The translations under genes and the position numbers were made by a program. From Candidatus Tayloriibacteriota bacterium (GTDB taxonomy: Bacteria; Patescibacteriota; Minisyncoccia; Phycocordibacterales; PALSA-1337), in contig JANNAN010000017.1 of NCBI GenBank assembly GCA_031384385.1, forward strand, positions 3,020 to 67,019: DNA of 64,000 nt. Direction: 5' to 3'. The stretch's first letter is position 1. Each line of letters begins with the position of its first letter. The notes beneath the pieces were generated by a model, which made no database searches, was not told the DNA's origin, and saw only the letters and a program-made list of their open reading frames with translations. Below are positions 8,858 through 19,338 of this stretch, piece after piece.

Positions 8858-9916
8858 ATGGATTATAGAAAAGATATAGAACAGCTTGTAAATATGGTAA
8901 TAAATGAAGGTGCTTCAGATTTGCATCTTTCTGAAGCGCGTAATCCTGTTATTAGAGTTGCTGGTGTCCTTATTCCGATTACAAAAAGATCTGTTTTGAC
9001 CAAAGAAGATTTGAAAGGTTTTTTAAATGAATTTTTGAGTGAAGAAAATAAGGTTTTATTACAAAAAGATCGTGATGTAGATTTTTCATATAGCCTTACA
9101 AATGCTAGATTTCGTGGAAATATATATTATCATCAAGGTGAGCTTTCAATTGCCCTAAGACTTATTCCAAAGAAAATTAGTACACTTCAAGAATTAAATT
9201 TACCTCCAATTCTTGAAACATTTACTCGACACCAGCAAGGATTCTTTTTGGTAGTAGGTCCTATTGGACAGGGCAAGTCTACAACACTGGCTGCTCTTAT
9301 TGAAATGATAAATCAGACAAGAACAGAACATATTATGACCATTGAAGATCCTATTGAATATCTGTATGAATCAAAGAAATCAATTATAGATCAAAGAGAG
9401 GTTAGGATAGATACTCCAGATTTTAAAGATGCACTTATTGCAATGTTCCGTCAGGATATCGATGTAGCTTTGGTAGGAGAAATGCGCGATTCAGAAACTA
9501 TGGCAACTGCTGTTACAGCAGCAGAAACTGGTCACCTTGTATTTTCTACACTCCATACAAATAATGCTGCACAAACCATAAATCGTATCATTGATTCATT
9601 TCCAGCATCTCAACAAGATCAAATCCGTATTCAATTGGCAAGTAGTTTGACTGGTATTTTTTCTCAAAGACTAATACCTAGAATTTCTGGAGGTCTAATT
9701 CCAGCTTATGAGCTTTTGATAAATAATAATGCTGTTTCAAATTTAATTCGTGAAAAAAGAATTCATGAAATAAATAGTGTTATAGAAACAAGTTCTGGTG
9801 ATGGAATGATAGATATGAATCGTTCACTAGCAGAATTAGTTCGTTCAGGTGAAATAACAGTAGAAAATGCTTATTTAAATTCTAATAATCCCAAGACATT
9901 AGAGCGTCTTGTCTAA
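8858..9916 (+). CDS. pilT: Type IV pilus retraction ATPase PilT
   Basis: ASDLHL, GPIGQGKST, EDPIEY, VGEMRD, AAETGHL and AVSNLIRE motifs. Confidence 0.93.
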   Translation: MDYRKDIEQLVNMVINEGASDLHLSEARNPVIRVAGVLIPITKRSVLTKEDLKGFLNEFLSEENKVLLQKDRDVDFSYSLTNARFRGNIYYHQGELSIALRLIPKKISTLQELNLPPILETFTRHQQGFFLVVGPIGQGKSTTLAALIEMINQTRTEHIMTIEDPIEYLYESKKSIIDQREVRIDTPDFKDALIAMFRQDIDVALVGEMRDSETMATAVTAAETGHLVFSTLHTNNAAQTINRIIDSFPASQQDQIRIQLASSLTGIFSQRLIPRISGGLIPAYELLINNNAVSNLIREKRIHEINSVIETSSGDGMIDMNRSLAELVRSGEITVENAYLNSNNPKTLERLV

Positions 9917-9925
9917 TATATTTAT

Positions 9926-11134
9926 ATGTTATTTATTTATAAAGCTGTAGATGAAAAAGGGGAACAAAGATCTGGATCAGTAGATGCAGTAAATATAGAT
10001 GTAGCTATTGCCTCACTCCAAAGAAGAGGATTTGTTATCACAACAATAAATGAAGAGGGTGTTAATAAATCATTCCTATCAACAAATATATCTTGGCTTG
10101 AAAGAGTTTCCAATAAAGATGTAGTTATTCTTTCTAGACAACTTGCTACATTGTTTGAAGCTCAGGTTTCTGCGCTTCGTATTTTTAGACTTCTTGCTGC
10201 AGAAACAGAAAATGTTGCATTAGCAAAAAAATTAGTAATGATATCAGATGATTTGCAGGCAGGTAGTCAGATTTCAGCTGCTTTGGCAAAACATCCAAGA
10301 GTGTTCTCAGATTTTTATGTCAGTATGGTAAAAGCAGGTGAAGAATCTGGTAAATTAGATGAAACTTTCAATTACCTTGCAGATTATCTTGATCGTACAT
10401 ATGAATTAGTTTCAAAAGCCAAAGGAGCTCTCGTTTACCCAGCATTTGTTGTTATTACCTTTGTTACTGTTATGATTCTAATGTTCACAATGGTTATTCC
10501 AAAAATTAGTGGAATTCTAGTAGATTCCGGTCAAGAAATTCCATTCTATACAAAAATCATTCTTGGTATAAGTAGTTTTTTGGTAAGCTATGGTTTTATT
10601 CTTCTTGCTATTGTTGTGGTGGGTGGATTCTTCTTGATACGCTATATTCGTACTCCGTCAGGCTCTATTATTTTTGATAATTTTAAATTGAGTATTCCAT
10701 ATATAAGTAATCTATTTAGAAAGCTTTACTGGTCACGCTTGGCAGACAATATGAACACGATGCTTATTTCTGGTATCCCCATGATTCGTGCATTAGATCT
10801 GACTTCTTCTGTTATAAACAATTCTATCTATCGTAAAATAATTGCTGATTCTGTAGAATCTGTAAAAGCAGGTAAGGCATTGTCCGAAGCTCTTTCTGGA
10901 AACGATGAAATACCTGGAATTATGATTCAGATGATTAAGGTGGGTGAAGAGTCTGGAGAGCTCGGTGCTATTCTTAAAACTCTAGCTAAATTTTACGCTA
11001 GAGAAGTAGTTACTGCTGTTGATGCTCTTGTAGATCTTATTGAACCTTTGATGATTGTTTGTTTGGGTGCTGGTGTGGCTATACTTCTAGCTTCTGTACT
11101 TATTCCTATTTACAATGTAGCTAGTTCACAATAG
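9926..11134 (+). CDS. pilC: Type IV pilus platform protein PilC/GspF
   Basis: Two T2SSF domains (GEESGKL, GEESGEL), ALVYP, IEP. Confidence 0.93.
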   Translation: MLFIYKAVDEKGEQRSGSVDAVNIDVAIASLQRRGFVITTINEEGVNKSFLSTNISWLERVSNKDVVILSRQLATLFEAQVSALRIFRLLAAETENVALAKKLVMISDDLQAGSQISAALAKHPRVFSDFYVSMVKAGEESGKLDETFNYLADYLDRTYELVSKAKGALVYPAFVVITFVTVMILMFTMVIPKISGILVDSGQEIPFYTKIILGISSFLVSYGFILLAIVVVGGFFLIRYIRTPSGSIIFDNFKLSIPYISNLFRKLYWSRLADNMNTMLISGIPMIRALDLTSSVINNSIYRKIIADSVESVKAGKALSEALSGNDEIPGIMIQMIKVGEESGELGAILKTLAKFYAREVVTAVDALVDLIEPLMIVCLGAGVAILLASVLIPIYNVASSQ

Positions 11135-11153
11135 AGCTTGGTTAATTAAGTCT

Positions 11154-11255
11154 AAAAAGTATATTGTCCGACTCAAGAGGTTTTACATTGATTGAATTGC
11201 TAGTAGTTATAGCTATTATTGGTATTCTGTCATCTGTAGTGTTGGCGTCATTATC
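11154..11255 (+). repeat. Pilin 5' repeat, copy A
   Basis: 101/102 nt identical to the reverse complement of 12079-12180. Confidence 0.97.
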
Positions 11256-11598
11256 AACAGCGAGGACAAAAGGAAAGGATGGATCTGCAAAAGCTAGTAT
11301 GAGTTCACTGAGAACTCAAGCAGAACTTGCGGTTGATGCAAGCGGAAATTATCACAGTGCGATCTGTACCGCGGCTGGAAATGCAGCCACACCAGGTCTT
11401 TTAACTTTAATCACTGGTATTAATGCTCAAGTTCCAACCGCAAATGCAGCTGACTGCGATGTTTCTGCATCTCCATATTCTGCATGGGCAGTGGGCGTAA
11501 CATTAAATGATGCCACATTTTTTTGTGCAGACAGCACTGGATTTAGTGGAAAAACAGCAGCTATAAAGGGTGCAACAGCTACAGTTTGTACTCCATAA
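11164..11598 (+). CDS. Type IV major pilin cassette A (no ATG; probably silent in this configuration)
   Basis: G|FTLIELLVVIAIIGIL prepilin motif. Only a TTG start; in-frame TAA at 11143-11145. Confidence 0.85.
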   Translation: MSDSRGFTLIELLVVIAIIGILSSVVLASLSTARTKGKDGSAKASMSSLRTQAELAVDASGNYHSAICTAAGNAATPGLLTLITGINAQVPTANAADCDVSASPYSAWAVGVTLNDATFFCADSTGFSGKTAAIKGATATVCTP

Positions 11599-11630
11599 TA
11601 ACTTAATAGTCTAATTACAAATTTAGTTAG

Positions 11631-11663
11631 TAAAAAACCATCTTAACAAAAGATGGTTTTTTA
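11631..11663. terminator. Bidirectional intrinsic terminator between convergent pilin cassettes A and B
   Basis: TAAAAAACCATCTT-aacaa-AAGATGGTTTTTTA: perfect 14-bp arms with a T-tract on each strand. Confidence 0.85.
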
Positions 11664-11693
11664 AATCTGCGGTAATTATTTAAGAAATTATAA

Positions 11694-12194
11694 TTACAGA
11701 CACACTGTTGTTGCAGCTGCGATTGAACTTGTTAGTGTAGTTGTATAATCTGCACCTGAACTATTAGACTTTCTTGAAACTCCAGTACTATCAACACACC
11801 AAGCCCCTGTTGATGTGACCGCTGATACCGCCCAAGCAGAGCCGTTAGATGAAGGATTGCCAGTAGCTGAGGCACATCTTACATTTGCTAAAGTAAGTCC
11901 ACCACCCAAAAGATTTCCTAAGCCACTGTTAGCTGTATCAAATAATGTTCCACTTGTTGCCGCACAAGGAGTAACAGCTGTAACAGCAGTACCATTTGCT
12001 GTATATAATTCAGCTTGTGCTCTCATTGATGCTAGTTGTGATTGTATTTTTGCATCATTCCCCTTACTTCTAGCAGTAGATAATGACGCCAACACCACAG
12101 ATGACAGAATACCAATAATAGCTATAACTACTAGCAATTCAATCAATGTAAAACCTCTTGAGTCGGACAATATACTTTTTGTGTTTCTTTTCAT
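11694..12194 (-). CDS. Type IV major pilin cassette B (has ATG and promoter; predicted expressed state)
   Basis: MKRNTKSILSDSRG|FTLIELL with a basic leader; inverted relative to the whole pil operon. Confidence 0.92.
   Translation of the reverse strand: MKRNTKSILSDSRGFTLIELLVVIAIIGILSSVVLASLSTARSKGNDAKIQSQLASMRAQAELYTANGTAVTAVTPCAATSGTLFDTANSGLGNLLGGGLTLANVRCASATGNPSSNGSAWAVSAVTSTGAWCVDSTGVSRKSNSSGADYTTTLTSSIAAATTVCL
12079..12180 (-). repeat. Pilin 5' repeat, copy B (inverted)
   Basis: Reverse complement of copy A (1 mismatch in 102 nt) and of copy C (99/99 over 12082-12180). Confidence 0.97.
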
Positions 12195-12243
12195 AACAAA
12201 ATAAATTAACTTAATAAATAATAAAAATAAAACTTATAACATA

Positions 12244-12252
12244 AGTATATCA
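12244..12252 (-). promoter_or_regulatory. Extended -10 promoter element for the expressed pilin
   Basis: TGATATACT (TGn-TATACT) on the minus strand, about 50 nt upstream of the ATG at 12194. Confidence 0.55.
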
Positions 12253-12282
12253 AAAATAGAAAGAATAGCTTCATAGTGGATA

Positions 12283-12291
12283 TGTGGATAA
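12283..12291 (-). promoter_or_regulatory. Perfect DnaA-box consensus
   Basis: TGTGGATAA is the reverse complement of TTATCCACA; a degenerate AGTGGATAT lies immediately before it. Confidence 0.4.
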
Positions 12292-12495
12292 CTTTTAGTG
12301 TTGCAAAATATGGCTATTTTAGTGATTAAAAATAAAATTTGTCTTAATTTAATAAAAGAAATCGTATGATCTTAAGCTGTTCTATATTTAAATATAAATG
12401 AGTAAAATATTTAATCGATATTTAATTTAGATAAAAATTAGCAAATAACTAGGTTTTTAATATAAATACGCATATTACAGACATAATCTTGGTCT

Positions 12496-12594
12496 AAAAA
12501 GTATATTGTCCGACTCAAGAGGTTTTACATTGATTGAATTGCTAGTAGTTATAGCTATTATTGGTATTCTGTCATCTGTGGTGTTGGCGTCATT
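12496..12594 (+). repeat. Pilin 5' repeat, copy C
   Basis: 99/99 identical to the reverse complement of 12082-12180. Confidence 0.97.
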
Positions 12595-12970
12595 GAATAC
12601 AGCGAGAGGAAAAGGTGCGGACACAGCCATTAAGGGGAATCTAGCCGGCATTAGAACACAAGCCGAAATATATTACGATGGAAATTCAAATTCATATGGT
12701 ACTCAAGCTTCAAGCACTATTACATCTTCAACTGGTGTTTGTGGAGGAGCGGGTATATTTAGTGATGCTAATGTTACAGCCGCGCTTAAATCAGCAATGT
12801 CACAGACAGGAGATACTGCAAAAGGGTATTGTGTAGCGAATGGCACTTATTGGTCAATTGCTGTACCTTTAAAAACAGATAATACATCATCTTGGTGTGT
12901 GAGTTCAGCTGGAAAGGCACAATCAATAACTACTGCCGCAACTGCTGCTGCATTCGTAGGTTGTTTATAA
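12506..12970 (+). CDS. Type IV major pilin cassette C (no ATG; probably silent in this configuration)
   Basis: Same prepilin N-terminus. Only a TTG start; no in-frame ATG back to the TAA at 12458-12460. Confidence 0.85.
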   Translation: MSDSRGFTLIELLVVIAIIGILSSVVLASLNTARGKGADTAIKGNLAGIRTQAEIYYDGNSNSYGTQASSTITSSTGVCGGAGIFSDANVTAALKSAMSQTGDTAKGYCVANGTYWSIAVPLKTDNTSSWCVSSAGKAQSITTAATAAAFVGCL

Positions 12971-12996
12971 TAAAATTAGTTTTATTTATTTTTCTC

Positions 12997-13026
12997 AAAA
13001 CCCCTCGCCACTCGGCGGGGGTTTTT
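12997..13026 (+). terminator. Intrinsic terminator after pilin C
   Basis: AAAACCCCTCGCC-actc-GGCGGGGGTTTTT. Confidence 0.85.
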
Positions 13027-13032
13027 GTGTTT

Positions 13033-13275
13033 TTACTTCAGCATTATACTGAAGAAGTGTTTACTATTGTCTTTGATTTGTCTAATAACAACTGTAATTT
13101 CTTGATTGTCTATTTTCCCAGTAAATGATCAGAAATTAGTAAAATTTTTGTCTTTGATATTTTTATTAAAATCTTTAATTTTCTTACTAGGACTCACTAT
13201 TTTGGGTGCATATTTAATTAAATTTAGTCTTCTGATTTGCTCATGTATTTTTCTTTATTTTCTGTATGAATATTT
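13033..13275 (-). pseudogene. Decayed gene, possibly a small RelE/BECR-like nuclease-family protein
   Basis: Reads KYSYRK*RKIHEQIRRLNLIKYAPKIV...NF*SFTGKIDNQEITVVIRQIKDNSKHFFSIMLK* with two in-frame stops. Family assignment is from recalled motif similarity only. Confidence 0.45.
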
Positions 13276-13478
13276 TGTGTTTTTTGTTAAGCATTAGACA
13301 ATTTTAACAAAGCCCAGATAAAGATCTGATAAAGAAGTTCTAAAGAAATGATAAAGATTTTTTGTGAATAAAATGAATATAGCCGTAGAATACAAATTTT
13401 AGCCACATGTTAATAGAATTTATATTCTGTGGACTTCTCTTGTATAAAAATTATGATTTTATTGCTATAATTGATTAT

Positions 13479-13979
13479 ATGAATATTAACTATACAAGAT
13501 TTAAAAAAGGTTTTACATTAGTAGAGCTAATGATAGTGATTGCTATTATTGGAATTTTAACAGCTATTGTTACTTCAAATTTTTCTCAATCAAAAGCAAA
13601 ATCAAGAGATGCTAAGCGCATTTCTGATCTTGCGCAAATTCAACTAACATTAGAATTAGCTTTTGATAGATGTAATGCATATCCAGCTAATATAAACGAT
13701 ACAAACACAGTTGTATGTTCGGGCTATCCTTTAAGTTATTTTATTTCAGTAATTCCAAAAGAGAATTCAACGACTGGTTATGATTATATTACGAATGTAG
13801 CATCTACAGACTATGTTTTGGGGGCTAAATTAGAAACAAATAGCAGTGCATTAGTAGATGCGATAACAGCTTTTCCATCTAGCTTTGGACCTACTATTAC
13901 TAGTTTTACAAGTGGTAATAATAACTGCACTCATAGTAATCCAGCTGGTCCATTCTATTATTGTGTTCAACCAAAATAA
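13479..13979 (+). CDS. Type IV pilin / GspG-like pseudopilin
   Basis: KKG|FTLVELMIVIAIIGIL and KSRDAKRISDL; start moved to MNINY after a TGCTATAAT box. Confidence 0.88.
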   Translation: MNINYTRFKKGFTLVELMIVIAIIGILTAIVTSNFSQSKAKSRDAKRISDLAQIQLTLELAFDRCNAYPANINDTNTVVCSGYPLSYFISVIPKENSTTGYDYITNVASTDYVLGAKLETNSSALVDAITAFPSSFGPTITSFTSGNNNCTHSNPAGPFYYCVQPK

Positions 13980-13983
13980 ATAA

Positions 13984-14781
13984 ATGCCAACATTCTTCTT
14001 AATTTATTCGTTTGTAATTGGTGCAATAGTCGGTAGCTTTTTGAATGTTGTTGCTTTGAGATATAACACTGGCATGACATTGAAGGGAAGATCAAAATGT
14101 TTTTCTTGTGGTAAAAATCTAAATTGGCGTGAACTTGTACCAGTTTTTAGTTTTCTATTTCAAAAAGGTAAATGTAAAAATTGTAAAAGTAAAATTTCTT
14201 GGCAATATCCTCTTGTTGAAATAATGGCTGGAATTTTATTTATAATGATTTTCTTTGTTTTTCCACCTACAACTATTCAAGAAAGTTTCACTACTCTATT
14301 TTATATTTTTGTAACTTGCTTGCTTTTGATTATTACAATTTATGACATAAAACATAAAATTATTCCTGATTCTATGTCATATACTTTTAGCGCTGTGGCT
14401 TTAGCTCATCTATTTATTGGTTCAGATTTATCTTTTATTATTCCAAATTGGACTCAACTATTAGCTGGCCCGCTTCTATCTTTGCCTTTTGTATTAATGT
14501 TCTTAATTTCAAAAGGTACTTGGATGGGTCTTGGTGATGCAAAACTTGTTCTGGGAATTGGATGGATACTGGGTATTTCAGCTGGAATATCAGCTATAGT
14601 TCTAGCCTTCTGGATAGGTGCAGTTATAAGTATAATGTGGATGTATATTATTTTTAGAAAAATTAAATCTAGATATGAAATACCATTTGGACCATATTTG
14701 ATTTTGGGTATGTATATTGTTCTTTTGTTTGAAGTTAAAATAATTGATCTTAGACCTTTTTATGAAATATTCTTTAAATAA
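13984..14781 (+). CDS. pilD: Prepilin peptidase PilD (A24)
   Basis: GSFLNVV, two CxxC zinc motifs, YDIKH.IIPD, MGLGDAKL, IPFGPYL. Confidence 0.95.
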   Translation: MPTFFLIYSFVIGAIVGSFLNVVALRYNTGMTLKGRSKCFSCGKNLNWRELVPVFSFLFQKGKCKNCKSKISWQYPLVEIMAGILFIMIFFVFPPTTIQESFTTLFYIFVTCLLLIITIYDIKHKIIPDSMSYTFSAVALAHLFIGSDLSFIIPNWTQLLAGPLLSLPFVLMFLISKGTWMGLGDAKLVLGIGWILGISAGISAIVLAFWIGAVISIMWMYIIFRKIKSRYEIPFGPYLILGMYIVLLFEVKIIDLRPFYEIFFK

Positions 14782-15331
14782 TACAAAAGGATTTACACTT
14801 GTAGAACTAATGATTTCTGTAGGCATTTTTGCAATGATGACTGCACTTCTTCTTGCAAAATTCGGAACTTTCAATCAAGGTATTCTTCTTTCAAATTTAG
14901 CTTATGATGTTGCTCTTACTATTCGTAATGCTCAATCTTATGGATTAAATGTAAAAAGTGCCGATAGAGCAACTAATGTTTTTGATTATCCTTACGGAGT
15001 TCACTTCGTAGCTGGAGAATCTAAATTTACATTTTTTGCTGATGTTAATTCTAGTGGAGTTTATGATAGTGGTGATGATAGTATTCCAACTCAAATTACA
15101 AATATCAAAAGAGGAAGTAAAATATTAAAAATTTGTTTAAATTCAGATTGTACACCTCCACCAACACCTCCAACAACTCTAGACATAACTTTTAAAAGAC
15201 CAGATCCAAATGCTTTGATACGCATAGATGGAGGAACGAAATCTTATGCTAAAATTGTTCTAGAAGCTACCGATGGTTCAATAAGAAATATTGTCGTGAG
15301 ATCAACTGGTCAGATAGCGGTTGAAGATTAA
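14762..15331 (+). CDS. Minor pilin (FimT/GspH-like)
   Basis: KG|FTLVELMISVGI; C-terminal V..TGQI. Confidence 0.85.
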   Translation: MKYSLNNTKGFTLVELMISVGIFAMMTALLLAKFGTFNQGILLSNLAYDVALTIRNAQSYGLNVKSADRATNVFDYPYGVHFVAGESKFTFFADVNSSGVYDSGDDSIPTQITNIKRGSKILKICLNSDCTPPPTPPTTLDITFKRPDPNALIRIDGGTKSYAKIVLEATDGSIRNIVVRSTGQIAVED

Positions 15332-15336
15332 AAATT

Positions 15337-15972
15337 ATGAATAAAGCCCAATACAAAAAAGGATTTACTTTGATAGAAATGATAGTATCATTGGGGATTT
15401 TTACTATTGTAGCTTTGGTGGCTGTTGGTGCATTGATAAAAGTTATGGATGCAAATAAAAAATCAATTGCATTAAAAACTGCTATAAATAATATGAATTT
15501 TACTCTAGAATCAATGTCTCGCGAAATGAGAGTGGGGAGCGAGTATCATTATTATAATACCAGTTCTCCTAGTATATTAACAACATTTTCGGCTGGTTCA
15601 GAAACTGGTGGTGTATCAGGCGAAGATGGAATGACTTCATGGACAATTGCTTTTAATTCATCAAAAAGACATTCAAAAACTACTCCAGACACAGGATCAT
15701 GTCATCTTATTTATGCATATAGATTTATTTATAATATCGCTGGAAGTAAATTACAAAAAGCTCAGCAAACAGATTGTGAGACAGCTTCAGATGATAATTC
15801 TTTTGAAGATCTGATTTCTCCAGAAGTAAAAATCACAAAATCTTTAGTTGAGGTTAATACTGAAGGACAACCCTATGTTTCTTTCTTTTTTAAGGGATAC
15901 AGTGGAGCTAGAGCTAGAGAACAAGCAGAATTTACTGTACAGTCTTTGGTTTCTCAAAGATTACCAAATTAA
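15337..15972 (+). CDS. Minor pilin (PilW/GspJ-like)
   Basis: KKG|FTLIEMIVSLGI; LESMSREMR. Confidence 0.85.
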   Translation: MNKAQYKKGFTLIEMIVSLGIFTIVALVAVGALIKVMDANKKSIALKTAINNMNFTLESMSREMRVGSEYHYYNTSSPSILTTFSAGSETGGVSGEDGMTSWTIAFNSSKRHSKTTPDTGSCHLIYAYRFIYNIAGSKLQKAQQTDCETASDDNSFEDLISPEVKITKSLVEVNTEGQPYVSFFFKGYSGARAREQAEFTVQSLVSQRLPN

Positions 15973-15975
15973 TTT

Positions 15976-16455
15976 ATGCATAATTTAATTAAATTAAAAA
16001 ATAATAAAGGATTTACAATTATAGAAACTCTTGTAGCTGTAGCTATTTTAATGATTTCTATTGCTGGCCCACTAACTATTGCACAAAAAGGTTTAACCGC
16101 AGCTATTTATGCGAGAGATCAGATTACAGCTGCATTTTTGGCACAAGAAAATATGGAATTGATAAGATCTAATATAGATAGTCTAAATTTGGCAAATTTT
16201 ACGACTAATGTTGTTGACCAGAATTTTTGTTCATCAAGTAATACTTATGGCCTTTTAAATATTCAAACCACTGATGGTAAATATGGTTCTTTGGATGGTG
16301 TTCCTAGTCGTTTTTCTCGTCTTTTCTGTTTTAAGAGAATGGCAACTGATGATGTAAATTATGAAAATGAATTCACTGCAGTAGTAAAAGTAAAATGGTC
16401 AAATGGAACTGTTGAAAATGAAGTTATTCTGGAGAATGAATTATTTAAAATATAA
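15976..16455 (+). CDS. Minor pilin (PilV/GspI-like)
   Basis: KG|FTIIETLVAVAI; A.FLAQE.ME.IR. Confidence 0.85.
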   Translation: MHNLIKLKNNKGFTIIETLVAVAILMISIAGPLTIAQKGLTAAIYARDQITAAFLAQENMELIRSNIDSLNLANFTTNVVDQNFCSSSNTYGLLNIQTTDGKYGSLDGVPSRFSRLFCFKRMATDDVNYENEFTAVVKVKWSNGTVENEVILENELFKI

Positions 16456-16457
16456 AA

Positions 16458-17006
16458 ATGATAAAATATAATATATTAAAAAATAATAGAGGGTATACAT
16501 TACTTTTTGCAGTTCTAGTCTCTTCTATTGTTTTGGCGGTTGGTATTTCGATTCTAACAATTAGTAAAAAAGAATTTTTACTCTCATCATCTGCTCGAGA
16601 TTCTATTGTTGCATTCTATGCAGCTGATAGTGGATTGTCATGCGCTATTTTTAGTATTGAACAAAATCCAGGAAATTTTTCTACCACTACAGCAAGTGCT
16701 AATATTCGCTGTATGCAAAAAGATTTTAGTACAATAGCAATATCGCCAGCTACCCCCTCGATTATTTTTAATCTTAATGATGATACTTTTACTTTTCATT
16801 TAAAAATTAGTCAAGATAGTAACAGTAAGGTATGTGCTGTTATAGAAGTTAAAAAATTCTATGAATATGATACTGACTTTGCACAAAATATTCTCATGAC
16901 AACTATTATTTCAAAAGGATATAATCTTGGTTGGAATGATTCATCAAATACTTGTTCAGCCCCTAGCCCTCGTCGTGTAGAGCGTGCCCTAGAATATACT
17001 TTCTAA
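16458..17006 (+). CDS. Minor pilin (PilX-like)
   Basis: RG|YTLLFAVLV lacking E5; AFYAADSG motif. Confidence 0.8.
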   Translation: MIKYNILKNNRGYTLLFAVLVSSIVLAVGISILTISKKEFLLSSSARDSIVAFYAADSGLSCAIFSIEQNPGNFSTTTASANIRCMQKDFSTIAISPATPSIIFNLNDDTFTFHLKISQDSNSKVCAVIEVKKFYEYDTDFAQNILMTTIISKGYNLGWNDSSNTCSAPSPRRVERALEYTF

Positions 17007-17025
17007 AACAATATGATATCCTTAG

Positions 17026-19020
<1,995 letters not shown>

Positions 19021-19040
19021 TTTTGCTATACTATAAATCT

Positions 19041-19334
19041 ATGATAACTGTAAAGGAAATTGAAAATCTAGCCAATCTTGCACGAATTAAATTGAATGAT
19101 GATGAGAAGCAAGGTCTTACAAAAGAAATTGATTCTATATTAACTTATATTGATCAAATAAAATCAGCGAAGGTTGATATGGATCAATCAGCTAGTGTCG
19201 GCGTGAATCGTAATATTTTCCGTGAAGATATTTCAGAAGATTCTACTCCTGAAGAGCGTGAAGGTATATTGGCTGAAGCCCCAAATAGAGAAGGTGATTT
19301 TATTGCTGTTAAGAAAATAATTGCACAGGATTAA
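19041..19334 (+). CDS. gatC: Asp/Glu-tRNA amidotransferase subunit C
   Basis: LA.LARI, N.FRED and AP..EG.F..V motifs; precedes gatA. Confidence 0.9.
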   Translation: MITVKEIENLANLARIKLNDDEKQGLTKEIDSILTYIDQIKSAKVDMDQSASVGVNRNIFREDISEDSTPEEREGILAEAPNREGDFIAVKKIIAQD

Positions 19335-19338
19335 TTTT

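Larger units (their letters stand above)
12181..12495. mobile_element. Candidate invertible promoter/start-codon segment
   Basis: 315-bp AT-rich segment with the pilin ATG and a -10 box at one end, bounded by perfect 99-bp inverted repeats. Confidence 0.7.

Noticed and set aside
11815-12204. 129-aa plus-strand ORF opposite pilin B
   Set aside because: Antisense shadow of an Ala/Thr/Ser-rich pilin, with no motif.
12195-12495. AT-rich region with a DnaA box as a replication origin
   Set aside because: Only one perfect box, no dnaA/dnaN nearby; better explained as the pilin promoter segment.
13129-13131. In-frame TGA as a sign of an alternative genetic code
   Set aside because: TGA ends normal genes here (e.g. 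at 1782), long ORFs are intact under code 11, RF2 is present, and the same relic also has an in-frame TAA.
12892-13297. Plus-strand ORFs 12892-13128 and 13106-13297
   Set aside because: The first crosses a terminator; both have non-ATG starts and are low-complexity frames antisense to the decayed gene.
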